Source: Mobula hypostoma
Lineage: Eukaryota
Assembly (NCBI RefSeq): GCF_963921235.1
Contig: NC_086097.1
Location: 240,748,001 to 240,812,000, forward strand
DNA: 64,000 nucleotides
Direction of reading: 5' to 3'
Shown here in pieces: positions 52,990 through 64,000 of the stretch. The position numbers were made by a program, and so were the translations under genes. Every line of letters starts with the position of its first letter. Within the stretch, counting starts at the first letter, position 1. The notes under the pieces are model-generated. The model worked only from the letters and a program-made list of their open reading frames with translations. It did not search any database and had not been told where the DNA came from.

Positions 52990-53500
52990 GGACGTGAAAG
53001 CACAGAGGAACATCTGGAGAAATTTCTGAAATGCCCGTTCGCTGCTGTCGTTACTGTGGTCGTGAATCTTTCAGAGGGTAGGCCTCAAAATCCCCGGCCT
53101 TGCCTGCTTTTGGCGACCGAGAAGGAGGTCGAATCATTCGGACAGAGATGGCACTTAGTACTCAGTGTCGGAGAGCTGATCAGAACTCGAAGTTTTCGGA
53201 TGACTCAGAGTCAGATTGTGGTCAGCATGGCAGGGAGAGTTTTTCTTCCTTCTCCCGTCTGCGTGAGATGTGGGACATTTGAGAAACTTTGAACTTTTAC
53301 TGTGCTCATGGACTTCTTCATCAAGTTATGGTATTGTTGCACTGTTGTAACTATATGTTATAATTATGTGGTTTTGTCAGTTTTTTCAGTCTTGGTCTGT
53401 CCTGTGTTTTGTGATATCACACCGGAGGAAATATTGTATCATTTCTTAATGCATGCATTACTAAATGACAATAAAAGAGGACTACGTGTCTTCATAATCT
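52990..53500 (+). mobile_element. Non-LTR retroelement 3' fragment between two ~118-bp direct repeats
   Basis: CpG-retaining body ending aatgacAATAAAagaggactacgtgtcttcataatct. Confidence 0.55.
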
Positions 53501-53814
53501 AAACTAATTCATAACACACACACACTCAGTGGCCACTTTATTAGGCCACTGTCTTCCTTAACCACTGAGTGTGTGTCCAAAGTTCAAAGTACATTTATCA
53601 TCAAAGAATGTATAAATTATACAACTTTGAGACTCGCCTCCTTACAGGCAACCACAGAACAAAGAAACCCAAAAGAACCCATTAAAAAAAAAGACCGCCA
53701 AACACTCAATGTGCAGAGAGAAAAACAAATCATGCAAACAATAACACAAGCAAATAGCATTCTGAACTCAAGTCCATAAAGAGAGTCCACCCACAGACCC
53801 TTAGTTCAGTGCAG

Positions 53815-54338
53815 CATATGACTGTGTTCTTCTGCTGCTTTAGCCCATCCACTTAAAGCTTCAACGTGCCGTGCATTCAGAGATGTCGTAATGTGCAGTT
53901 ATTTCAGTTACCGTCACCTTCCTGTCAGCTTGACCTAGCCTGGATGTTCTCCTCTGACCTCTCTCATTAACAAGCCCACAGAACCACCACTCACTGGATT
54001 TTTTTTGTTTAGTTTTTGTTTTGCACTATTTTCTTTAAACTCTTGAGACTGTTTATGTGCATGAAAATCCCAGGACATTCCAAAGATGAGTGAGTTCGGG
54101 GTAGTAAGTTGCAGGCGGGCTATGATGGTGCTGGAAGAGTGGCAGTGTCTGTGCGGGATACCCCCAGCACATCCTCGTATTTCTTCCCCGTTCTGATGTT
54201 TAGTCTGAATAGCAACCGCTGCTCTTGACCATGTCTGCATGCTTTTATGGATTGTGCTGCTGCCACATGATTGGCTGATTAGATATTTGCATTAACGAGG
54301 TGTACAGGTGTACCTACTAATAAAGTGGCCACTGAGTA
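53815..54338 (-). mobile_element. Second, interrupted copy of the Tc1 non-autonomous element
   Basis: Reverse-complement similarity to 19663-20150, ending taataaagtggccactgagta. Confidence 0.7.
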
Positions 54339-55316
54339 CAAACGAAAGGAAGGGTTTAAGAAAGTGGTCTACAGTAATGACTGCCACTATTGTAACATTT
54401 AATGTTTTCTAGTCCTTAAGCATTTTCATCAGCATGAAAGGTCCTTGGTGCATTGTTTCCATTTTATTCCTCTCTCTGATCTTTTTTTAAAATCTCTTTT
54501 CCATTTTGCTAAGCCCGCGGAATGAAGTGAAGGGGATGACAGATCATGGCACTGTCAACTCAAGCATTGAACAGGAAATGGTTTATGACCTCCCTTAAAA
54601 TATGTTTTTTTAAAAAAAAAGCAAAAGTAATATCAAAACCAGAAGTCCACAGGAGATTTCAAAGAACTGCTTTTGAAGATAGGACATGGCTGGTACATCC
54701 GACCAGCAGACAAAAAAGTAGATTATGACTTGTTCACAGAAATAACGATGAGTTAAATGTGGCAAGGAAAGGGAAGGAGAGCCAGTACATAGTCCTCTGA
54801 CAGATCCAGGTTCTATTTTCATTGAGCACAGTGTAGAACACAGACCATTACAGTACGGTACAGGCATTGTGCTGACCCTTTAACCTACTCCAAGATCAAT
54901 CTAACCTTTCCCTCAACAATGCCATTGCCACAGGTAGCTGGGGAGGCCAAGTCATTGGGATAGTTAATGCGGAGCTTGATAGATTCTTGATTATTCGGGG
55001 CATGAAGGGTTATGGGGAGAAGGCAGGAGATTGGGGGTGAGAGGGAAATGGATCAGCCATGATGAAATGGCAAGGTAGACTTGATGGGCCGAATGGACTA
55101 ATTCTGCTTGATATCTTATGGCCTTGAGAGTGAACAATATTGCCGAATAAGGCAGGGCAATAGGATTGAAGGGACAATAAAACAGCCATGGTGGGATAGC
55201 AGAGTAGACTCAATGGACTGAATGGCCTAATTCTGCTCCTGTATCTTCATGTCTTATAGCCCTCCAATTTCCATCGACCATGTGCCTATCTAAAAGTCTC
55301 TTAAATGTCCCTAATG

Positions 55317-55372
55317 CAGGGGTTCCCAACCTTTTTTATGCGATGGGCCCCCAATCAGGTTGGGAACCCCTG
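55317..55372. mobile_element. 56-bp hAT (Charlie-like) MITE
   Basis: Perfect 16-bp TIR CAGGGGTTCCCAACCT. TSD ccctaatg at 55309-55316 and 55373-55380. Confidence 0.9.
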
Positions 55373-56149
55373 CCCTAATGTATCTGCCTCTACCGTCACC
55401 TCTGGCAGCACATTCCATCTTCTCACCACTCTCTATGTTTAAAACACAACCTACCTCTGTAATCCTCATTATTCTTTCCTCTAATCACCTTAAAACTATG
55501 CCCCCTCATATTAACTATTTCCGCCCTGAGGAAATGCTTGGCTGTTTACTCGATCTTAGACTTAAGGAGAACAAAGGCACCGAAAAATAACAGGTCTTAA
55601 ATTAGGAGATCACTGTAGCTTTAATTAATTTCAGATAAATTGCAAGGGGTGTTCACACAAAGAGGAACACCTTATTAATTTAAAGATGAGGTGATGCATC
55701 CAGTTTGGAAGCCACAGGAAATGGCAACAGTGAGAGTACGATGTGGATATTGTAACTTTTGCTATTATTTTAATGGATGATGCTCTGGAACAGACACTCT
55801 CAGCCTTTTTCATGTCGTGGACCCCCACCATTAACAGAGGAGCCCATGTACCCCAGTTTGAAAACCCCTGTGCAATACGATGCTGATTAGAGAGCAGAGC
55901 AGTTCCAAGTTTAACTAATGCTTCATTATTTGATTTAAGATCAGCAGCGGGACCAAGGCTGGATCCAATTTCTTTGGGCTCACAACGGCGAAAGGGAGAG
56001 CCCAGCTTTGCAGTCACTTTCCATGGACGGATGCTGGACCTTGTCCATGATAAACATAATACACTCAACAATTGGCCTGAGTTGTGACAGGCATTAAGAT
56101 AGGCCAGTGAGTCCCGGAGCAGGACTGGAAGCCTGACATGAGCTGGTAG

Positions 56150-56562
56150 GTCCAGTTATCGAACTCCAGTGATCCCCAAGGATGGAGGTTGGATCAGCAG
56201 ACGTTGAGGATGAAGACCAGAGATCCCCATGGTCAAGGACTGAGGTCAGCTGGCCCCGTGATTACTCCCCACCCCTCTGAGACCAGGGCCGAAAATCTGT
56301 GGGGGGCAGGTCCAGAATCCAGAGGTCACTCAGTAAGCTCTGGAGGCACAAAGTCAGTCAGCAGATCCGGATATTGGACTCCAGCAATCCCCAAGGATGG
56401 AGGCTGTGTTGACAGGCGCTGAGTGTGAAGACTGGCAATCCACGAGGTCAAAGTCTGGGGTCCAGTGAACCCCCACTGCCGAGACCAGGACTGAAGATCT
56501 GTGGGGATCGGTTTGGCAGCCAGAGATCAGCAGATCCAGATATTGGACTCTAGCGATCCCCG
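56150..56562. repeat. Diverged tandem repeat (about 2.3 units of ~170-215 bp)
   Basis: actccag(t/c)(g/a)atccccaaggatggagg at ~56163 and ~56378, with a degenerate third start at ~56547. gagaccagg...aaatctgtgggg and cagcagatcc.gatattggactc each occur twice. Confidence 0.7.
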
Positions 56563-56946
56563 AGCTGCCCCCGCCCCCCCCCTAAGGACAGAGAGTAGCA
56601 ATCCATGATAGGGATGGGGGTTAGGAAGAGATTAGCTCATTTTTGTTTCTGTCTTGTTGTACGCTAGCTGCATGTTGCTCTGATGAACATTGTGGGCATG
56701 CTGTGTTGGCACCGGAAGCATGGTAACACATGTGGGCAGCTCCTGGCACATCCCCAGACTGCGCAGACTGTTAACACATGTCTCAGTATGCTTCACTGAA
56801 CATGGGACTAATAAATCAATCTAATCTAATTAATACTCCAGAAATGGTTATACATTTGTGTATAACTTTATAAGATAGAGAAGCTCTCCGGAATGAGCAA
56901 AGTATGACACAGAACTACAAGGAAACATGACTTGTTAAACATTGAC

Positions 56947-57277
56947 CATGCCATCTTGGACAATGTCTCCCATCCACTACATAATGTACTGGGTGGGCAC
57001 AGGAGTACATTCAGCCAGAGTCTCATTCCACCGAGATGCAGCACAGAGCGTCATAGGAAGTCATTCCTGCCTGTGGCCATCAAACTTTACAACTCCTCTC
57101 TTGGAGGGTCAGACACCCTGAGCCAATAAGCTGGTCCTGGACTTATTTCATAATTTACTGGCATGATTTACATATTACTATTTAACTATTTATGGTTCTA
57201 TTACTATTTATTATTTATGGTGCAACTGTAACGAAAACCAATTTCCCCCGGGATCAATAAAGTATGACTATGACTAT
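56947..57277 (+). mobile_element. Rex1/Babar-like LINE 3' end
   Basis: Third copy of the family, with a (TATGAC)n tail. Confidence 0.8.
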
Positions 57278-59134
57278 ATGAGTGATGGGAATATGACAAC
57301 CATGATGATAAAAAGTTGGGAAATGAAAAGTTACAGCCATCTTACAAACGTACATCAGAATCATTTATATCGTTGATATCCTGCATGTCATGACTTTTGT
57401 TATTTTGTGACAGGAGTACAGTGCAACCCATACAAACTACTACAAGTTATAAATAATTGAAAGTCCAAAAAGTAATGAAGTAGTGGTCATAGGTTCATGG
57501 AACATTCAGAAATCCATTGGTGAAGGGGAAGAAGATGCTCCCAAAACATTGATTGCTGGTCTTCAGAGCCTTGGACCCCTTTCCCTGATGGCAGTCACGG
57601 GAAGTGGGGATGTCCTGGATGGCTGATGGACGCCCTCAGCTTTTGAAGATGTCCTCAATAGTTGTCACAGTGATCGAGATGGCAAAGTCTACAATCCTGT
57701 GCAGGCTCTTTCAATCCTGCACATTCAGAGTCTCACTCATAAAATACGCTAATTCAGAAGATCCCAAGACCGCGCTTACGTGCTATTTCCAGACATTAGA
57801 GGGAATGCTCTCGAAAGAGGCATTGCAGCCAGTTTTCATGTTCCCAGAATGGAAATTAGATCACTCGCGTGTATTACCTCATCCATTATAGAAATCATTT
57901 GATTTTCATTCAAGATTTGTTTTAGAAGCAAAAATAATAAACTCATGTTTTTTTTTCACAAGTACATATCAAGTCAGGCTGAATCACAATTTGCCTGCAG
58001 TAGAAATGTGGGTTGTAAAATGCATTGTTACCTAGCTGAGAAATTGGCCTTCTCCCCGCCTGCCTATTCCTCAGAGACTGCAGGGCCCAAATGCCAAGCC
58101 ACCTCCAAGAGTTTTATAGCATCAAGAAGTATTGTCGGAGAACTGTTTTCTGAGCAGGCATTACTGCCACGAGAGACTGCAGCTGGCCAGCCTCAAAACA
58201 TTACAGGTGCAGCAAATCCATCCCTCAGACATCCTTTCAATTTCCCTTCCATGGCAGGGCCTCTAAAAGGACAGCAACAGATATATAAACATCAACCGGA
58301 ACAAGTTTAGTCGACAAGGTTTAACTGACATGGTTTGGGGATTGGACACCGTAGTTCACATTGTGATGTGTCACTGGCCGCTCCTTTTTGGTATCATTTT
58401 TTGGGCGATGTTGATTAGAGCGGCCTGCAGATAATGAACGACACAGCGCTTGACTGAGCTGAACTGAGTATGCTTGGACACTTTTGATTTTGTGTTCCGT
58501 ACTCTGCATTTTTCACTTGTACTATTTTGCTGTTTGCATGATTTGTTTTGTTTTGTGTGTTGGGGGGGGAGGGGTTTTGATGTTTATCTGTGAATGGGTT
58601 CCAGGATTTTCTGTTTCCTTGTGAGATGATGAATCTCAGGCTAGTACACTGCATACATACTGTACTTTGATAATAAATATACTTTGAATCTGTGAACATT
58701 AGAGCTTGGGATTCCCCATTTACCACAGTCGGTCGTCAAGCAGAATCAAGAGATATCCAACAGACTAAAAGTAATAACTGTTCAGGAAGTTTGTGAGGGT
58801 AACCACGGTGATTCGGATAAAAGACAATACTGCACAAGGCAATGTCTGAAGGAGGCAGCAGCCATATTAAGGACGCTGATCATCCAGGACATGCCAACTT
58901 CACTTTACTACCCTCAGGGAGGAGGTACAGGAACCTGAAAACACACACTCAACGCTTTGGGACCAGCTTCTTCCCCTCTGCCATCAGATTTCTGCATGGT
59001 CCATGAACTCCAACTCAATATTTTGCTCTCTTTTTGCACTACCTATTTTTTATATTTCTTATAAGCAAGGTTGTTATAGCTGGGAGTGGTAATGGGGACA
59101 AGCTCCCGCTACCTATTAAATGCTCCTAAGGGTG

Positions 59135-60706
59135 AGCATTAGTGTGGGCACGTGGCCAAGTGGTTAAGGCATTGGACTAGCGACCTGAAGGTCGTGAGTT
59201 TGAGCCCCAGCCGAGGGAACGTGTTGTGTCCTTGAGCAAGGCACTTAATCACACATTGCTCTGCAACGACACTGGTGCCAAGCTGTATCGGTCCTAATGC
59301 CCTTCCCTTGGACAACATTGGTGTAGTGGAGAGGGGAGACTTGCAGCATGGGCAACTGCCAGTCCTCCATACAACCTTGCCCAGGCCTGCGCCCTGGAGA
59401 GTGAAGACTTTCCAGGCGCAGATCCATAGTCTCTTTCTTTCTTTTTAAATCTTTTTATTGAGTAAGTATACAAAAAAGGTAAGCCATATAAACATTAATA
59501 CAATGTTAAAGTATAATAAAATTCCAAAAGATAACAATACCAAAAAGAAAATACTACAAACAATGTAATTTAAGCATAAGAAACCAAGATAACATAATAG
59601 TATACTAGATTTTATATATATCAATGGAAAAAAAAGAAAAAAAAACCCCAAAAAAAAACCCCACCGTGCAACTAACTAAAAGCAAAGCAAAGCAATGGGC
59701 TAACTTGAAACCAAACAGAGTTAAACTTAAAATCACGTCCTCAATCCCGACCTCCATTAAAAAAGAAAAAACAAGAAGGGTAAATATTACATTAAATGAA
59801 AATATCGAATAAAAGGTCCCCAAATCTGTTCAAATTTAAATGAAGAATCATAAAGGTTACTTCTAATTTTCTCCAGATTCAAACATAAAATCGTCTGAGA
59901 AAACCAAAAAAAGGTAATTGGAGCATTAAGCTCTTTCCAATGTTGTAAAATACATCTTTTCGCCATCAAAGTAAGAAATGCAATCATTCTACGGGCTGAA
60001 GGGGAAAGATTACTAGAAGTTTTAGGTAGTCCAAAGATAGCAGTAATAGGGTGAGGAGAGATATCTATATTTAATACCTTAGAAATAATATTGAAAATAT
60101 CTCTCCAAAAAGTTTCCAAAGTAGGGCAAGACCAAAACATATGAGTTAAAGAGGCTATCTGCCCCGAACATCTATCACAGAAAGGATTAATATGCGTGTA
60201 AAAACGCGCTAACTTATCTTTGGACATATGTGCTCTATGAACCACTTTAAATTGAATTAGGGAATGTTTAGCACAAATAGAGGAAGTATTAACTAATTGT
60301 AAAATCTGCCCCCAATCATCCACAGAAATGGTAAGCCCCAATTCCTGTTCCCAATCTACCCTAATCTTATCAAATGGAGCTTTCCTAAGTTTCATAATAA
60401 TATTATAAATCATAGCCGATGCACCTTTCTGACATGGATTAAGGTTAATTATCGAATCTAAAATATATATAGGAGGAAGCATTGGAAAGGAAGAAAGTAT
60501 AGTACTTAGGAAATTTCTAACTTGTAAATATCTAAAAAGATGTATTCTTGATAAGTTATATTTATTAGATAATTGTTCAAAAGACATAAGGGAACCATCT
60601 AAAAATAAATCCAAAAACCGTAAAATACCCTTAGTCTTCCAAGTTTGAAAAGCGCGATCCGTAAAAGAGGGAAGATCCATAGTCTCACAAGACTAACGGA
60701 TGCCTT
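59135..60706 (+). mobile_element. tRNA-derived SINE interrupted by the L1 insertion; 8-bp TSD
   Basis: A box TGGCCAAGTGG (59153-59163) and B box GAGTTTGAGCC (59196-59206), followed by a gtgtccttgagcaaggcactta core. TSD taagggtg at 59127-59134 and 60707-60714. Confidence 0.82.
59434..60672 (-). mobile_element. 5'-truncated L1/Tx1-clade LINE (ORF2 C-terminus, 3' UTR, A-rich tail), 14-bp TSD
   Basis: An open frame of about 295 codons includes the CCHC motif CDRCSGQIASLTHMFWSC. The 3' end is AATAAAAAGATTTAAAAAGAAAGAAA. TSD agatccatagtctc at 59420-59433 and 60673-60686. Confidence 0.9.
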
Positions 60707-61854
60707 TAAGGGTGCATAAATCAGAAAACCTCTGACAACCAAGTCCAGCTCTGGCCTTCATGTGTGGCTTAGTTACTAAGTCTAGCGGAACTGTTTCTAC
60801 TGACAGGAGACGAGGCAAAGGCAGGTTACTGGCGGCTTCAAAACTAGAGCAGATGGAGCTTGCCAGCTTATTAAGGATCAAACCTCCGTTGCCTTGCGGC
60901 TGTACTCACTCATGGGGACAGCTTCGGGAGTAAACCTTGAGGGAAAAGTCCGGAGCTGGAGTCCCTCTGGCAGTCCTACGTTGAGTTCACCGTAGACTGG
61001 CAACTCCTGTAACGCCACTGCCGCCAAACTGTATCGATCTCTGCCGTTCCTTTGGGTTCATCAGATGCGTGGAGAGAGGGAGCTTGCTACCTGTGCAACA
61101 GCTTGCTCTCCATATTATACTGCCCTGGCTTGTGTATCTAGAGAGCTAGGACACAACATCCATGTTCGAACCTGGCCAACAGTGGCCTCACCATTTATAA
61201 CTTAAAAGCAATTTTCATATAGCTCTTTATTGCTACCACAAAACAACAAATTTCATGATGCCTCAGTGATAAAAAAAAAAAAAAAAAAACCTGATTCCAA
61301 TTCTGGATTTGTGTGTCAGACAGCTGTCTTGACAAGACATCTTTCTGGATGGAGTTAATTAAAACTTGTGCAAACTTGTGTGAGAACTTTCACATGATGA
61401 GTGTTTAATAAGAGGCCATGGACTCCACTTGCCTAACTATAAGTTGGCACTAACAGTGCTCCTGTCAAATTCCCACAGGGAAAAAAAAATACAAAGGAAA
61501 ACAGAAATTCTACATGTTGAATATCTCGGTCACAATTTTGAGACGTTTTGTCAAGATGCAGTTTCAATAATGTCAGATAGTTGGCTGTCATCAAACAGAA
61601 AAGGCCATGGAAGAACAACACATGTAAATTGCTGGAGGAATTCAGTAGGACAGGCAGCATCTATTTGATGAAACCCTTCTTCAGGACTTGGAAGGAAGGG
61701 GGAAGAAGCCAGAATAACAAGGTGGGGAGGAGGGGAAGGAGGAAGCTTGCTGGTGATAGGTCATGACAGACTCCTGCACCCTTGAGGCTAGTTACTCAAG
61801 ACAGTGCAAAACCACTTCACATTCAGCCTTTTAGAGCTGACCAGAGAGAAAGAC

Positions 61855-62279
61855 CCTCCCAGAGGACCACAACCTTGTCTTGGTTTCGAAGGCTTGTGTG
61901 CCTCAGTGACCCAGAGAGCTATTCTGGCTGGAACTGGGGCCTTGTGCTTTAGTGCTTGGTAGGATCACCCAAGCCAAACTGGGTAAAGGGTAGTTCCTGG
62001 TTCTGGGGTTCAGCTCAGGGCCAAGAACCCTGACTGATCAACCAGAACAGTTAGGAAAACAGCGACGAAGAATCCTTCTACACCTGAGTGTGACGGTATT
62101 CCTGAGTCTCCACCCGAAACTTGCATGGCTGACAGTAATGAAAACCGAGAGGAAGCTACAGCACAATGAAGGAAGCCCTGAACACAGCCTAAACGAAGAC
62201 CAAAAATAGCCAAGGACAGAGAGAAGGAGGACCTTCATTGCTGCCCTAAATGCCCGTGGCATAATGGGCATTAAGTAAG
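61855..62279 (+). mobile_element. Non-autonomous RTE-derived element (related copies at 9785-10208 and 35865-36200)
   Basis: Three copies share a ~250-bp 5' part. The 3' end resembles an RTE ORF terminus (KIAKDRE...RTFIAALNA) followed by (TAAG)n. Confidence 0.6.
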
Positions 62280-63276
62280 AGAGGCGGGTTACCAGCAATC
62301 GAGCCCGATCTAAATCCAGATCCCTAGAAACGTCCAGTATTTCAGCCAATGCACATTTGTCCCCAGCTGGTCAGTGTTAAACTCATATCACCTGACTGGA
62401 ATGGTTCAAAAGATGTACAATACTAATATCAATTTGGACATCAGTTTATCGGAAGAACACAGCGAAAGAAAAATCAATTCCAGGAGGACAGCTAACATCT
62501 TCAATAACAGGGACATTTTCTCCACTCTTTCTCATGTTGGAACTAGATCAAGGTTTTTTTTTTAAAACTGATGTGAGATGAACTGCACTCTAAAAAGATT
62601 AGCAGAAGTAACTGGAATTGAATCTCACGCTGGAAAGTAATTGTTACCTTTCACCCGATTTCAACAGAAAACCAATTATAGGAATTCTGCTAATTAATAA
62701 AATAATGCAGCACGATACTATAATGGTGCAATTTAAGATTAGCTTATTGAGGTAATAAAATAAACAAAGTGATGGAATTGTCAGGCATTTTAAAAATAAT
62801 GAACCACAAAATGCCATCACTGGATTTAAGATGAGCAGCACACAGAACTGCCACAAGGCACATACTATAAGTTAAACCACTTCCACTTAATATTTTGATG
62901 GAAATGGAAAGCAAATTTTCAGTGAAAATAAATTAAGAGGAATTGAAAAATGGCACAGGAGAGGTAATATAACGATAACTGAGATGCTTTAACTAGGTTT
63001 TTTAACCAAGGGTAAGCCTACACCACCATGTACAGAAAGAGAAAACTAAATTAAGTCAGATAGTCAACAATTCCATTGGCCTAAAGAGTAAATACAATGG
63101 CCAATATAGAACACAAGTATGCAGGTATAAAATTTGATTCCAAGTCCTTGTTGAGTTATTAGATCTCAGTCAATTAATACAAAATCTGGGTAGAGAAGGA
63201 GAAAATAGTAACAAATCATATTTTGCCTGGGGAGTCTTCAACCTGACTGTATGAATATTAATTTCTCAAACTTCTG

Positions 63277-63693
63277 GTGATTTCTCTTTTTCTCTTCCCC
63301 ATTCTGGTCCACATCACACTCCTCTTCTCATTTGCCCATCACTTCCCTTTGATACTCTTCCTCCTTCCCTTTCACCCATGGTCCCCTCCTATTAGAATCC
63401 TCCTTCTTCAGACTGTTCCACTTATCACATCCCATCTTCTTACTTCATCCCATCCTCTCCCCCAACCAATACCTTCCCCCTCGCCTGCCAGCCTGTACTC
63501 CTTCTAGTCCCCCCAGCAACAACAATAGCTTCTGGCTTCTTCCCCCTTCCTTTTCAGCCCCGATGAAGGGTCTCGGTCAAAAATGTCGACTGTTTATTCG
63601 TCTCCATAGATGCAGCCTGTCCTAGTGAGCTCCTCCAGCATTGTATGTGTGTTACTCTGCATTTCCAGCATCTGCTGAATCTCCTGTGTTTAT
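63277..63693 (+). mobile_element. Degenerate Penelope-like 3' fragment
   Basis: Pyrimidine-rich body, cagccccgatgaagggtctcggtcaaaaatgtcgactg, and the family tail. Confidence 0.65.
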
Positions 63694-64000
63694 GAGAAAT
63701 TTAACTGAATATTTTAACAAACAGCCAACCTGCACCATTACTCCTATGTACAGAAAAGGAAAATTAAATTAATTCACATAGTGAACAATTCCAGTGGCTT
63801 ACTGAGTAAATACAATAGCCAATATAGAATAGATGTAACACACAGAAAATGCTAGAGGAACTCAGTAGGTCAAACAGCATCTATGGAAATTAATAAACAG
63901 TCAACATTTTGGACAGGACTGAAAAATGAGGGGGAATATGCCAGAATAGCAGAGATCACAGAGGGGAAGCAGTGAGAGAGGGTTTGACGTATGCAGACTT

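Larger units (their letters stand above)
59080..61190 (+). mobile_element. GC-rich interspersed repeat (possibly RTE-related) hosting the SINE and L1
   Basis: 60725-61080 aligns by eye with 29500-29870 (cctctgacaaccaagtccagctc...gggaaaagtccggagctggagtccc). Confidence 0.6.

Noticed and set aside
56150..56562. CRISPR-like repeat-spacer array
   Set aside because: The units are long and diverged with homologous 'spacers', in a vertebrate intron; this is an ordinary tandem duplication.
59146..59215. tRNA gene
   Set aside because: A and B boxes are present, but there is no proper acceptor stem. It continues into a SINE body and is TSD-flanked.

Overview
Eukaryotic (vertebrate) DNA, most likely a cartilaginous fish; this is inferred from the repeat complement (HE1/V-SINE-like SINEs, CR1, Rex/Babar and Penelope families) and from TRPS1 protein divergence. 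The only host gene is the 3' end of TRPS1 on the minus strand. It comprises the 123-bp GATA zinc-finger exon (22438-22560), an 8.4-kb intron, the terminal coding exon (13005-14054: NLS, PLDL motif, two Ikaros-like C2H2 fingers) and an AT-rich 3' UTR. 22561-64000 is part of the large upstream intron. Most of the rest is transposable-element debris: CR1, Rex/Babar, L1-like, RTE-derived elements, tRNA SINEs, Tc1 and hAT MITEs. The most interesting signal is a Penelope-like (GIY-YIG) retroelement family whose 3' repeat carries a minimal type-I hammerhead ribozyme, with about 15 copies in the window. It occurs as EN-bearing truncated copies, as head-to-head foldbacks, and as ~95-100-bp TSD-flanked mini-insertions that begin at the ribozyme. 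Repeat family names were assigned by eye and need RepeatMasker/Dfam confirmation; boundaries not fixed by TSDs or splice sites are approximate.
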